DNA of 63,962 nucleotides from Candidatus Omnitrophota bacterium (GTDB taxonomy: Bacteria > Omnitrophota > Omnitrophia > Omnitrophales > Aquincolibacteriaceae), in the NCBI GenBank assembly GCA_903884815.1, contig CAISGE010000065.1, positions 1-63,962 of the forward strand, in the 5' to 3' direction. This document shows, piece by piece, positions 9,389-18,739 of the stretch (positions within the stretch are counted from its first letter, which is position 1; each line of letters starts with the position of its first letter). Below the pieces are notes generated by a model that saw only the letters and a list, made by a program, of their open reading frames with translations, had not been told where the DNA came from and made no database searches. The position numbers and the translations under genes were made by a program.

Positions 9389-10306
9389 TTAAACTGAGGT
9401 GGAAGTTTCTGAATTGCCGCAGGTCCGCTCTTCCCCAAGTCCGGAAAAAGTTTCCCGCGCGTGATAAGAACTGCGGACGTAGGCACCCGCCAAAACTTTC
9501 TCGAAACCCATCGCCATTAGTTTGCGCGAAAGATCCTGGAATTTTTCGGGGGTGACATATTCCTGGACCTCAAGGCTCTGAGGCGTCGGTTGCAGATATT
9601 GTCCCAAAGTCATCATGCTGACTCCGACGGACAAAAGATGGCGCCCCGTCTCAAGGATCTCCGGAACCGTTTCTCCAAGCCCCAGCATCAACCCGCTCTT
9701 TGTGATACGCTGAGGTGCCAACCGTTTCGCGATCTCAAGCGTTCTGAGCGAGCAATGATAATCGGCTTGAGGCCTGACGACCCGCTGCAGACGTTCCACT
9801 GTTTCAAGATTATGATTAAAAACTTCCGGCCCTGACTCTACCACCCGATGCACCAATTCTTCACGGGAGTGAAAATCCGGTGTCAAAACTTCGACTTCGG
9901 AACCCGGGATCTCCCGCTTCACGGCGCGCACGGTTGAGGCATAATGTCCCGCGCCCTCGTCCGCAAGGTCATCACGAGTGACGGAGGTGACCACCACATA
10001 GCGAAGTCCCAATTCCTTGGCCGCAAACGCCACGCGCTCGGGCTCATCCATGCGCAGATCTTCGCCGATCCCGGTAGGCACGGCGCAGAACCCACAATGG
10101 CGCGTGCAAACGCCGCCGAGGATCATAAAGGTCGCCGTATCTTTCGCGTAACACTCGTGACTGTTGGGACACATGGCAGACCGACAGACGGTATTCAATT
10201 CATATTTATGTAAAATGGCATGGGTGCGCTGGGAGGAATTTTCCGGCAAGGAACGTCTCAACCAATCCGGAAAGCGTCTAAAGGATCGCACGTGAGCCTT
10301 TCTCAT
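9389..10306 (-). CDS. lipA: Lipoyl synthase
   Basis: CPNSHECY... auxiliary-cluster motif plus the radical SAM motif CTRHCGFCAV. 305 aa. Confidence 0.93.
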   Translation of the reverse strand: MRKAHVRSFRRFPDWLRRSLPENSSQRTHAILHKYELNTVCRSAMCPNSHECYAKDTATFMILGGVCTRHCGFCAVPTGIGEDLRMDEPERVAFAAKELGLRYVVVTSVTRDDLADEGAGHYASTVRAVKREIPGSEVEVLTPDFHSREELVHRVVESGPEVFNHNLETVERLQRVVRPQADYHCSLRTLEIAKRLAPQRITKSGLMLGLGETVPEILETGRHLLSVGVSMMTLGQYLQPTPQSLEVQEYVTPEKFQDLSRKLMAMGFEKVLAGAYVRSSYHARETFSGLGEERTCGNSETSTSV

Positions 10307-10341
10307 GAAACGTTCGCGAAAACAGTGACAAATTGTGTGTG

Positions 10342-10370
10342 TTTTTATCAGAAAGCAAGAGCAGTGTCAA
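10342..10370 (-). promoter_or_regulatory. Candidate sigma70-type promoter upstream of lipA
   Basis: On the minus strand: TTGACA (10365-10370), 17-nt spacer, TAAAAA (10342-10347), about 35 nt upstream of the lipA ATG. Lies in a 196-nt intergenic gap. Motif match only. Confidence 0.3.
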
Positions 10371-10502
10371 GCATCAACGCAGGCCAATAAATCCGCCGTT
10401 TTGCAAACACAAGTCATTACAAGGACGGGTGTTAGTTCCCAAGCCACACGACAAGACATCACGTCGATGAAGGCATTAAAAGAACCCATTAAAGGGCATC
10501 TT

Positions 10503-11180
10503 TCATGGGCAGGGAGCACTGAGAAAAGTGGCAATCAATTCTCTCGGAATGCCGAGATCGATGACCTCAATCTCACCCGCATGGGCCGGTCCCTCTCCGA
10601 CGCAGAGCCCGAGCTTCTTGATTGCCAGAGTGAGCGTCATCATCGCCTTCACGGCCACACCGTGAACGTCCCCCGTGTCGGCATCCAATCCTGAGGGAAT
10701 ATCGATGCTGATCACCGGTTTCCCACAATATGTCATGGCTCGTACCGCGCTTTCGTTGACTCCCGTCAGCGGAGAATGGATCCCAACACCGAATAGAGCA
10801 TCGACTACAAGGTCTGCTACCCGGCAATACCCGAGAAGATCATTCTCAGTCGAGGCTTCTGTGACGCGTGTGATAGGCAGAGACATCTTTCGAACGATAC
10901 GGAGGTTCAAAAGCGGGTCCGGCTTGAGCGTGTCGGCATCGGCGAGAAGAAGAATTTGCGTCTGAAAACCTAAATTGGCGAGATATCTTGCGACCACAAG
11001 ACCATCGCCGCCATTGTTCCCCCTTCCGATCATCAGGAGAACCTTACAGGGCTTGAATTTGTCGCGGATCACTTCGCTGACGTTGCGACCCGCATTCTCC
11101 ATCAAGAGAAGACTGGGCATGCCATAATCGCGGATCGCCGACTCCTCGATCTTCCGCATTTCAGCAACCCGGATAAGCAT
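10503..11180 (-). CDS. nnrE: NAD(P)H-hydrate epimerase (YjeF N-terminal domain only)
   Basis: IGRGNNGGDGLVVARYL and DALFGVG motifs. ATG at 11178-11180 preferred over the TTG at 11195 used by the ORF track. Confidence 0.85.
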   Translation of the reverse strand: MLIRVAEMRKIEESAIRDYGMPSLLLMENAGRNVSEVIRDKFKPCKVLLMIGRGNNGGDGLVVARYLANLGFQTQILLLADADTLKPDPLLNLRIVRKMSLPITRVTEASTENDLLGYCRVADLVVDALFGVGIHSPLTGVNESAVRAMTYCGKPVISIDIPSGLDADTGDVHGVAVKAMMTLTLAIKKLGLCVGEGPAHAGEIEVIDLGIPRELIATFLSAPCP

Positions 11181-11197
11181 GGAGCCTGCCGCCAAGA

Positions 11198-13036
11198 TCA
11201 GCTTCGTTCAGGATTGGCCGAAGAAGGACCCCTTGTCAAAGGGGATTTTAACGGAACTTTCTTTTCGCTGTCCAAAACTGCAGAATCGCTTCCCACAAAG
11301 AGGATGAGTTTCTGCAGCCCCTGACGGACGGTATCCACGACGCGTACGGACTCACCCAACTCGCGTGTCGCGGCCGCATTCTTTCGATCCGTGCGGCTCC
11401 GGTAGCGTCGGTGCTCATCCTCAATTCTGGCCAGACGAATCTCCTGGTCATTCAACTTCGCCTCGTACTCTTTGCGTATCGAGTTCCGTTCCTGGACAAG
11501 TTGCGCATGCTCTCTTCGCACCGTTTCATGTTCCGCGACTTTTCCGGCAAGTTCCAAGACCTGCTTTTCAAAGTTCGCGAGAGCTTCGTCGCGCATCTTC
11601 AAAGAAGCTGCCATCTCCTGAGTCGCGGCCTCAAGACTACCCACTTTCTGAAGGAGCTCCTGCTCACGATCGCGGAGGGCCGCTACTTGACCGTCTCTTT
11701 CGGAATGAGTTGCTTCTAGCTCGGAAATTCGGCCACGGAGCGCCTCCAATTCTGCATCTTTGGCGTCAAGGCTTGAATGAAATTCGGTGAATTTCCGGCT
11801 CAGCTCGCCCTCCCGCTCTTGAGTCTCGGAAAGATCGCGGCTGACAGTGGCGAATTTCCCTTCGATTTCCGAGAGGCTCTCTTGCGTACGGGCCAACGTC
11901 TCCAACCCCTCACTTTTCTCCCTGAGAACTTCTTCCAAGGAAGCATTCTTTTGCAAAAGGTCCGCTTCGAGTTCGCGTACTTTTTCCCCCAACTGCACCG
12001 CTTGGGCGCGCCAAGCATCCCCTTCTTTGCTCAATTCCTCATGCTTCTCTGCTTTCTTCTTCAAGTCCTCAAGCGCACGGGCGATTTCCTCACTTTTTTG
12101 TTTTTCTTGCGTGATGCGTTCCTGAAGCTCATTCTTTACTTTTTCAGTTTCTTCAACATGCTGCTCGCGGAGCTGATGCTTCTCCTCCTGAATCCAGCGG
12201 AGCTTTTCATTCAATTCTTTAGCGCGGCGCTCCCAATCCGGATCAATGGCAGACGGCACCGAAGGCGCGGGTGTCACGCTCTCGGGCAGAGCTTGGGGAG
12301 TAACGGGCTCGGAAACTTCGGGCGGAAGTTCCTCGGCAAGTACATCTTCCAGAATTCTTGGCTTATCCAGATCCTCGACGACGGGCGGGACCGCAGGCTT
12401 TATTTCAGCCGGTGGTATTTCTGTGGGCTTAGCGAAATCGGGCTTCGACTCCGCGGGGGGAACTTCCGCGCGATACACAAACGATGGTTTTTCCCGGACG
12501 GGAGGCACTTCCGTGGACTTATCAAAAACGGGATCAATCTCCGCCGGCGCAGCATCCTCGAGTTTTTCAGGTGCTCGTTTCTTATCAAACCGGGGGTCTT
12601 CCCGGTACTCCTGGGGTGCCGGCTTATTCGCGGGCGGCGCAATGGGCTCGGGTTTCATGGGCGCAGTCTTTTCCGAACTAAAAACTTCAGGAGGACGGTC
12701 TTCCTTCCCCTCTTCTTTCTGAAAAAAGGCTAAATCCGGCGCTTTCGGCCAAACAACTTGAAAACAATTTTTCTTGATCATGTCGTGATTGGTCGTCTCA
12801 CTGACAACGCCTAGGTCCAGGAAGTGCTTCTTGATACGGACGGCAAGCCCAAAGGAAAGATCATCGATGAGAATCAGGGGCATATTGGCCAGGACCTGTT
12901 CGGCGCTGCGCTTGTCGAGATGGAAGATCTTCTCAAGCTGCTTCAGGACGTTTTTCTTACTCTTGGCGGGGACGGACTGGATCACCACACCCCAATCTTC
13001 CGGGGACTGGCTGGCTCGGCTCTCGATCATCGACAT
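11198..13036 (-). CDS. Hypothetical protein: small N-terminal globular domain, Pro-rich repeats, long coiled coil
   Basis: 612 aa. N-terminal domain is about 90 aa. Pro-rich repeats include EVPPVREKP, EVPPAESKP, EIPPAEIKP. The E/K/L/Q-rich heptad-like region is about 330 aa. No enzymatic motif recognised. Confidence 0.8.
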   Translation of the reverse strand: MSMIESRASQSPEDWGVVIQSVPAKSKKNVLKQLEKIFHLDKRSAEQVLANMPLILIDDLSFGLAVRIKKHFLDLGVVSETTNHDMIKKNCFQVVWPKAPDLAFFQKEEGKEDRPPEVFSSEKTAPMKPEPIAPPANKPAPQEYREDPRFDKKRAPEKLEDAAPAEIDPVFDKSTEVPPVREKPSFVYRAEVPPAESKPDFAKPTEIPPAEIKPAVPPVVEDLDKPRILEDVLAEELPPEVSEPVTPQALPESVTPAPSVPSAIDPDWERRAKELNEKLRWIQEEKHQLREQHVEETEKVKNELQERITQEKQKSEEIARALEDLKKKAEKHEELSKEGDAWRAQAVQLGEKVRELEADLLQKNASLEEVLREKSEGLETLARTQESLSEIEGKFATVSRDLSETQEREGELSRKFTEFHSSLDAKDAELEALRGRISELEATHSERDGQVAALRDREQELLQKVGSLEAATQEMAASLKMRDEALANFEKQVLELAGKVAEHETVRREHAQLVQERNSIRKEYEAKLNDQEIRLARIEDEHRRYRSRTDRKNAAATRELGESVRVVDTVRQGLQKLILFVGSDSAVLDSEKKVPLKSPLTRGPSSANPERS

Positions 13037-13187
13037 GAATTCGGCCTTTCTCTTTGAAGGATCAATTCATCCCCTTGGGATCCTGGATCCACCTGGAGAA
13101 CCCGCGCGACCCTGAATCGTGCCAAGGAAAATTTCAAGCGGGCGATTTCTAATTCGGGTATTATACCCAGACTCGACAATATTTCTA

Positions 13188-13227
13188 GCACCGTATCACA
13201 TAAATTTTCGACGGTACACGGCACAGT
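13188..13227. repeat. Conserved intergenic element, copy 1 (ACCGT-N16-ACGGTACACGG core)
   Basis: 30 of 38 positions identical, gapless, to 18665-18704. Same 21-nt offset between ACCGT and ACGGTACACGG. A perfect 8-bp hairpin (aatttccg-gaaag-cggaaatt) follows at 13240-13260. Confidence 0.6.
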
Positions 13228-13270
13228 CCAAATCTTATCAATTTCCGGAAAGCGGAAATTGGGGCAGCCC

Positions 13271-14254
13271 ATGATAAAAATCGGAAAACACACATTTAAG
13301 ACCAAAGTATTCCAGTCCCCGATGGCAGACTGCACGGATATTGCCTTTCGTCTGATCGCTCGCGAACTAGGCCTGGCGTTTGCCTTTACGGAAATGATCT
13401 CTGCCGAGGCGCTCGTCCGCTGGAATAAAGGAACCCTTCCCCTGCTCCGGAAGGTCCCCAAGGATAAACCTCTCGGTGCTCAGTTGGTCGGACACAGCCC
13501 CGTCTCGATGGGAAAAGCGGCAGCGATGATCGAGGCCCTGGGTTTCGAGGTACTGGATCTGAACTGTGGCTGTCCGGTGCGAAAGGTCACGGGGCCCGGT
13601 GCGGGATCGGCCCTTCTCCAGAATCCCGAATTAGCTCAAGAGATCTTCAGAAACGTTATGGCCCATATCAAGAAGATCCCCGTCACGGTTAAAATGCGAG
13701 CGGGATTCACCGATCCAAGCGGCAAGGAAGCTCTGCACCTCGCGCGGATCGCCGAAAAAGAAGGACTTTCCGCCGTCACGGTGCATGGGCGGACACGCGC
13801 ACAAGGATACACTGGAAAAGCTGACTGGAAAGTGATACGGCTTGTGAAGAAAGCTCTCAAGATCCCGGTATTCGGCAACGGGGACATCTTCACTCCGGAA
13901 GACGCCCAGCGGATGCTGGAGACGACCGGATGTGACGGCGTGGCCATCGGCCGGGGTGCTCTCGGTAATCCCTGGATCTATGCCGGCATCGAAGCTCTAC
14001 TCTCGGGACATTCGCCCAAAATCCCCTCGTTCGAGGAAAAGAAGCGCGTCGCGCTCGAGCATCTCAGGCTCGAAGTCAAATATGCGGGAGAAAAAATGGG
14101 GGCGCTTCATTCGCGGAGAATTGCCGCCTGGTATTTTAAAGGCTGCCCCAACGTCGCTCAATTCCGTGAGAAGATCAACCGGGCATCGACCTTCAAGGAG
14201 ATGACGGTTCTTATGGAAGATTTTAATGCGGGAGAAACCGGTCAGACTAAGTAG
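13271..14254 (+). CDS. dusB: tRNA-dihydrouridine synthase
   Basis: FQSPMADCTDIAFR...LDLNCGCPVRKV (catalytic Cys)...VHGRTR...GNGDI...GRGALGNPWI. ATG at 13271 preferred over the TTG at 13259. Subfamily (DusB-like) assigned by resemblance only. Confidence 0.88.
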   Translation: MIKIGKHTFKTKVFQSPMADCTDIAFRLIARELGLAFAFTEMISAEALVRWNKGTLPLLRKVPKDKPLGAQLVGHSPVSMGKAAAMIEALGFEVLDLNCGCPVRKVTGPGAGSALLQNPELAQEIFRNVMAHIKKIPVTVKMRAGFTDPSGKEALHLARIAEKEGLSAVTVHGRTRAQGYTGKADWKVIRLVKKALKIPVFGNGDIFTPEDAQRMLETTGCDGVAIGRGALGNPWIYAGIEALLSGHSPKIPSFEEKKRVALEHLRLEVKYAGEKMGALHSRRIAAWYFKGCPNVAQFREKINRASTFKEMTVLMEDFNAGETGQTK

Positions 14255-15546
14255 TTCTGGAAGAGCACGGCAAAACCCAGGAATGCCAGGAACCCCATCA
14301 CATCCGTGATCGTGGTTAGAATAATATTGGAACACTGGGCCGGATCCAGACCAATCGCCTTCATCGCCACAGGAATAGCCGCCCCGGAAAATCCCGCGAT
14401 CGCCAGATTGACCAGCATCGCGAGCCCGACAACCAACCCCAAAAAAGGATTCCCCTGCCAGAGCCATGTGATCCCGGCCGTCACGGCGCCGATCACGATG
14501 CCGTTCACGACCCCGATCACCGTCTCACGGGAGATCAGCTGCCAGGCTTTTTCAAAAGGAATCTCCCGTAAGACCAAACCTCTCATCACAACCGCAAGCG
14601 ACTGGGCACCGGCATTCCCCCCCTGACCCGCGACAACGGGAAGAAATACCGCAAGAACCGTGATCTTCGCAATGAGACCCTGAAAAAGGCCCACGACAAA
14701 AGCCGCAAGAAAGGCGGTCGCGAGATTAACATGAAGCCAGGGCAATCTCTTTCGCAGTGAGAATCCGACGGGAGAGAAAACGCGCTCGTCTCCGCCGGCG
14801 CCCACCATCTTCTGAAAATCTTCGGTCGCGTCCTCCTGGACCCCGTGAAGCAAAAGACCCGTGTCGATCACGCCGACCAGACGGTTCTCGGCATCCACCA
14901 CGGGTAGCGCAAAAAAACGGCGCTGGTTCGAAAGGCGTATCACTTCCTCGCGGTCCGTCAGAGCATTGACGGCAAAAACATCTTTTCGCGCAACATGCGA
15001 GAGCAACGCGCCGGGGTCGGAAAGCAAAAGGTCACGCATGTTAATGACGCCCACCAAATGATTTTTTTTGTCCACAACATAGGCATAGAATGGCGTCTCT
15101 TTTTTATGCGACAGAGTGCGGATACGCTGAACCGCTTCCTCGACCGACAGGTCATCCCAGAACGCGATAAAAGAAACGCTCATCATCCGTCCCGCCGTAT
15201 TCACCGGGAAAGTTAATAACTCGCGGATTCGATCCTTTGTTTTTTGAGGAAGCTTTGCCAGCACAAGATCGCGCGCCTGAACCGGTAAATGGGAAAAGAG
15301 CGCTGCACCGTGAAGCGGGTCCAGATGGGTCACTACTTCTTCGAAGAGCTGAACCGGGAGATCCGCCAGCAGTCCCGCGGCAAAATGCGGCTGAAGATGC
15401 GTAAAAACTTTCGCGGAAAGCCGGGGCGCCAAAACCTTCAGGATCGCAAGCGCGCGGTCCTCGGGCATGGATTCCAGGCTATGGGCCGCCGAAACGGGAT
15501 CTTTCTCAAAATATTTTTCGGCCAGAGGAAGAAGCGTCGTTGGCAT
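14242..15546 (-). CDS. mgtE: Magnesium transporter MgtE
   Basis: N-domain, tandem CBS region, and C-terminal TM domain with GNAGAQS and DVMGF motifs. ATG verified at 15544-15546. The ORF-track extension to 15651 overlaps the upstream gene and is rejected. Confidence 0.9.
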   Translation of the reverse strand: MPTTLLPLAEKYFEKDPVSAAHSLESMPEDRALAILKVLAPRLSAKVFTHLQPHFAAGLLADLPVQLFEEVVTHLDPLHGAALFSHLPVQARDLVLAKLPQKTKDRIRELLTFPVNTAGRMMSVSFIAFWDDLSVEEAVQRIRTLSHKKETPFYAYVVDKKNHLVGVINMRDLLLSDPGALLSHVARKDVFAVNALTDREEVIRLSNQRRFFALPVVDAENRLVGVIDTGLLLHGVQEDATEDFQKMVGAGGDERVFSPVGFSLRKRLPWLHVNLATAFLAAFVVGLFQGLIAKITVLAVFLPVVAGQGGNAGAQSLAVVMRGLVLREIPFEKAWQLISRETVIGVVNGIVIGAVTAGITWLWQGNPFLGLVVGLAMLVNLAIAGFSGAAIPVAMKAIGLDPAQCSNIILTTITDVMGFLAFLGFAVLFQNYLV

Positions 15547-15550
15547 AAAG

Positions 15551-16432
15551 CTACATGTGCCGCCGTACCCAGTCGGAAGACCGGTCGGCGGAGGAGCGGT
15601 ACACAATCGAGGCGATGATCTTTTTGAGCGTCTGGTGCAAGATCTTGACAAGAAGCGATTGGGGTCTGAAATCGGCGGGCGCGAAATGCTCGGCGCGATG
15701 CTCCGCTACCATGGCCTTGACGGCTTGCGGCACGCGACGGGCGGGATCAAAGACCGCGATGGCGTTGCCGCCGGCTTTCTGGATCACGGTCATGGAAGGC
15801 ACGTCGGTGATACCGTCCCCGATATAGATCATATTACGGAACGGGATCCGGCGATCCGCCTCGGGCAAGTGCTCATTGATGCTTTCGCTGAGCTTGAACT
15901 TTCCTTTATTGATGCGGAAAAGGAACTGTGTTTTATTGGTGTCGTTGATAACGAGCTTCGGGAAAACGGGGCGGCCTTTTTGAAAATCGAATTCACACGC
16001 GTAAGTTTTCTTGAAATACTTGCGAATACTGACACCGTCCAGGATCTCCTGAAGACCGCTTGATACGATATAATGTTCGAGCGTGATCCCCGCCTCGCGG
16101 ACCTCGGGAAGAGAATCCATAAAAGTCTTCAGGTGATCGAAATAACCGTCATCGACCCCGGGAAAGTAGGTTACTTGGCTCGCGGATTCTTTGAGCTTTT
16201 TTTTGGAGAGGGGTCGCTTCCTAAAGACCGGATCATCGATTAAAAGCTTGAGATAAGCCAGGGTCTTCTCATAGCCGAAGCGTGTGACGAGCTTCTGCGA
16301 CTTCGCCCAGAATTTATCCTTATCGATCTTGTAAGCCTTGAAGATCGTTTCTTCCTGCATATTGCAGGGGGAAAGGGTCCCGTCAAAATCGTAGACCAGC
16401 GCGATAATATTCTGGGTAATCTTCTTTTTCAT
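15551..16432 (-). CDS. HAD-superfamily hydrolase-like protein
   Basis: Motif I VYDFDGTL, motif II SSG, motif IV IGDGITDVP. 293 aa. Substrate unknown. Confidence 0.8.
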   Translation of the reverse strand: MKKKITQNIIALVYDFDGTLSPCNMQEETIFKAYKIDKDKFWAKSQKLVTRFGYEKTLAYLKLLIDDPVFRKRPLSKKKLKESASQVTYFPGVDDGYFDHLKTFMDSLPEVREAGITLEHYIVSSGLQEILDGVSIRKYFKKTYACEFDFQKGRPVFPKLVINDTNKTQFLFRINKGKFKLSESINEHLPEADRRIPFRNMIYIGDGITDVPSMTVIQKAGGNAIAVFDPARRVPQAVKAMVAEHRAEHFAPADFRPQSLLVKILHQTLKKIIASIVYRSSADRSSDWVRRHM

Positions 16433-16500
16433 AAATACTCCTGATGTCCAAGCGCCCGGAGGAGCTTTTAAGAGGCGATGCAGGCGACGTGGTTCTTCCT

Positions 16501-17046
16501 CTATTTAAAGTAACGCTCCCGGTAGAAACGGAGTTCGGCGATCGATTCGCGGATATCCGAAAGCGCACGATGCGACTTTGCCTTGGCGGGCTCCTTATCC
16601 TTCGGGTACCAACGCGCGACAAGCGCTTTGAGCGAACTCACGTCCACATGCCGGTAGTGCAAATAGTCATCGATCTTCGGCATGTAATTGTGAAGAAACC
16701 TGCGATCATGGTGAACGGAATTGCCACAAAGCGGTGCCTTCTGGGGCTTGCAGAATTCCTGGATGATCTCCAGCGTCAGCTGCTCTGCTTTTTTGACCGT
16801 GATGGTCGAGGCTTTGACCGATTCAATGAGACCCGATTTTGCGTGATGCTCCTGATTCCACTGGTCCATCCTCTTAAGAATCGTCGTGGGCTGATGGATC
16901 ACCAGATCCGGCCCTTCGGCCAGGACATTCAGATTTCCGTCGGTGACGATCGTGGCGATCTCGAGGATCACTTCCTTATCGGGGTCGAGCCCCGACATTT
17001 CCATATCGATCCAGACCATGTTGTAGCGGTGCATTTTAGAGCTCAT
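16501..17046 (-). CDS. orn: Oligoribonuclease
   Basis: MVWIDMEMSGLDP...CGNSVHHDRRFL...HRALSDIRESIAEL (DEDDh exonuclease), collinear with E. coli Orn as I recall it. ATG at 17044-17046 makes an ATGA overlap with the upstream ORF. The TTG at 17079 is rejected. Confidence 0.9.
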   Translation of the reverse strand: MSSKMHRYNMVWIDMEMSGLDPDKEVILEIATIVTDGNLNVLAEGPDLVIHQPTTILKRMDQWNQEHHAKSGLIESVKASTITVKKAEQLTLEIIQEFCKPQKAPLCGNSVHHDRRFLHNYMPKIDDYLHYRHVDVSSLKALVARWYPKDKEPAKAKSHRALSDIRESIAELRFYRERYFK

Positions 17047-17603
17047 GAGACCTTTCTTTTCGCGTTGGGCGCGTTCCAAGTTTCTTGGGAATAATAAAAT
17101 TCGTCAAATTGGTTCTCAAAAACGATCTTCAAAGCTTCACAAACTTGCATCATAAACGTAAACCCGGTATTGAGCTCGCCGGCATCGCTCTCCCCCGGCT
17201 TCACGATCGCTTCAAGGCCCAGCTTATGGAAAAGATGGACGAGCACACCCAAAACCGGGGATTGTTCCTTGTCGGCGTTAGAGGCATAAAGACTTTCGCT
17301 AAACCGCGTCGCATTTTCAAGGGACTTTGGGGAAGTGAAAAGTTCCATGACCTGCTTGAAATAGAGGTTCTTCAGTTCTTTATCTTCAAGCCGATGTTCC
17401 ACACAACAGCCGACCCAATGGACACAGCCCAAGGCCAGCTTCGCCGGCACATATTCCGCTGAGAACTCCTTAAAAGAACGCTGTCTGAGCCGCGGCTCGC
17501 GCGCGCAAAGTTCATCATAAACGACCTCCTGGCCGCTGGCGTCCAACACAAGGTCGATCAATGCCTTTGCCCAAATTATTAATTCAGACTTTTCATTTTT
17601 CAT
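17043..17603 (-). CDS. Hypothetical protein, translationally coupled to orn
   Basis: 186 aa from the ATG at 17601-17603. No recognisable motif. Supported by ORF length, strand context and the ATGA overlap. Confidence 0.6.
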   Translation of the reverse strand: MKNEKSELIIWAKALIDLVLDASGQEVVYDELCAREPRLRQRSFKEFSAEYVPAKLALGCVHWVGCCVEHRLEDKELKNLYFKQVMELFTSPKSLENATRFSESLYASNADKEQSPVLGVLVHLFHKLGLEAIVKPGESDAGELNTGFTFMMQVCEALKIVFENQFDEFYYSQETWNAPNAKRKVS

Positions 17604-17723
17604 GAACAAGCGCTCCGAAAGTTTTGTGCGGGTATCCTATCAAGCGGGAACAAGACTTGCAAGTTGCGAAATGCTCTATTAATACATCCGCAATAATGCC
17701 GTTTTTATGTTATAAAGGAAACC

Positions 17724-18665
17724 ATGGCCCGTCGAAAATTCATAAAATTTAAACTTAACCGAAAACAAAAAAGAACGATCATTGTGTCTCTATCGTTCTT
17801 GCTTTGCGCCGGAGGTCTCTTCTGGCTTCTGGTTCGTCCGGCGCAGTTCAAACCGACGCATCCCTCCGTAAGAAAAACGATAGTTTCCAATCGGCCGGTT
17901 GTTGCACAAACGGTGGCTCCCCGAAGAGTCGCGCCGCGCCCATTGCCCGTGCCACCCTCGCCTCTTCCCGCGAGAAAACCTTGGCGCCTTTCAAAAACAC
18001 CGAAGATCACTATCGTTATTGACGATATTGGCAACAATAACCAATTCAATAATCAATTAAAAGCTCTGGGGGACAAAGTCACCTACGCCGTACTGCCGCT
18101 GCTACCCTATTCGCGCTATTACGGCAATCTGTGCCGGACGACCGGTGCTGAGGTCATCCTTCACCTCCCGCTTGACACCACGTTGGACAAGATCCCCGGC
18201 AGAGGCCTGATCGTCGGAACGATGAGCCCCGCGGACATCCTGGACATGCTGGCGCGTGATCTCGATTCGGTCCCGAACCATGTGGGTGTGAATAATCATA
18301 TGGGATCAAGGGGCACAACGGACACGGAAATGATGACTATCATTTTGAGTGAACTGAAGCGCAGGAGTCTTTTCTTTTTGGATAGTTACACCACCAAGGA
18401 ATCTGTGGTTCCCGCCGTGGGCCGCGCAGTCGGACTTCCCATTCTTGCCCGGGGTGTCTTTTTGGACAACGAAGATTCAAAATCCGCCATCCGCGCCCAA
18501 CTGAACCATTTGCGTGCCGTTGCAAGGGAGAAGGGCAACGCCATCGCGATAGGTCACTACCGCGGGAACACCCTGGAAGTCCTGGCGGATGAAATTCCTC
18601 GTCTCGAGCAGGAAGGTTTTGAGATTATTGATCTCCGGGAAATGCTTCTGGTCCAGCGGGACTAA
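17724..18665 (+). CDS. Divergent polysaccharide deacetylase family protein (YibQ-like)
   Basis: N-terminal TM anchor (IIVSLSFLLCAGGLFWLLV), then ITIVIDDIGNN...YAVLP...HLPLD...NNHMGS motifs typical of the YibQ/divergent polysaccharide deacetylase fold. Confidence 0.8.
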   Translation: MARRKFIKFKLNRKQKRTIIVSLSFLLCAGGLFWLLVRPAQFKPTHPSVRKTIVSNRPVVAQTVAPRRVAPRPLPVPPSPLPARKPWRLSKTPKITIVIDDIGNNNQFNNQLKALGDKVTYAVLPLLPYSRYYGNLCRTTGAEVILHLPLDTTLDKIPGRGLIVGTMSPADILDMLARDLDSVPNHVGVNNHMGSRGTTDTEMMTIILSELKRRSLFFLDSYTTKESVVPAVGRAVGLPILARGVFLDNEDSKSAIRAQLNHLRAVAREKGNAIAIGHYRGNTLEVLADEIPRLEQEGFEIIDLREMLLVQRD

Positions 18666-18704
18666 TACCGTGCCACACAAATTTATAACGGTACACGGTA
18701 TAGT
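18665..18704. repeat. Conserved intergenic element, copy 2
   Basis: ATACCGTG...ACGGTA-C-ACGGTAT. 30/38 identical to 13188-13227. Contains the 8-bp inverted repeat ATACCGTG/CACGGTAT. Sits between convergent gene ends (YibQ-like and miaB). Confidence 0.6.
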
Positions 18705-18739
18705 ACTGCGAACCCATTCAAAACTTATGTAACGCAGTG

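Noticed and set aside
13027-13461. 144-aa minus-strand ORF spanning the divergent intergenic region; also 18477-18812 (111 aa).
   Set aside because: They overlap the dus and YibQ-like/miaB coding sequences. Their only shared 'protein' similarity (PCTV.NLC.TV) is the translation of the repeated intergenic DNA element, not a gene.
18665-18685. Possible sigma54 promoter: the reverse complement reads TGGCAC-GGTAT-TAGT.
   Set aside because: The -24 TGGCAC is present, but the -12 element lacks the required GC (TAGT instead of TTGC). The site also lies between convergent gene ends, and the first copy of the element has no TGGCAC.
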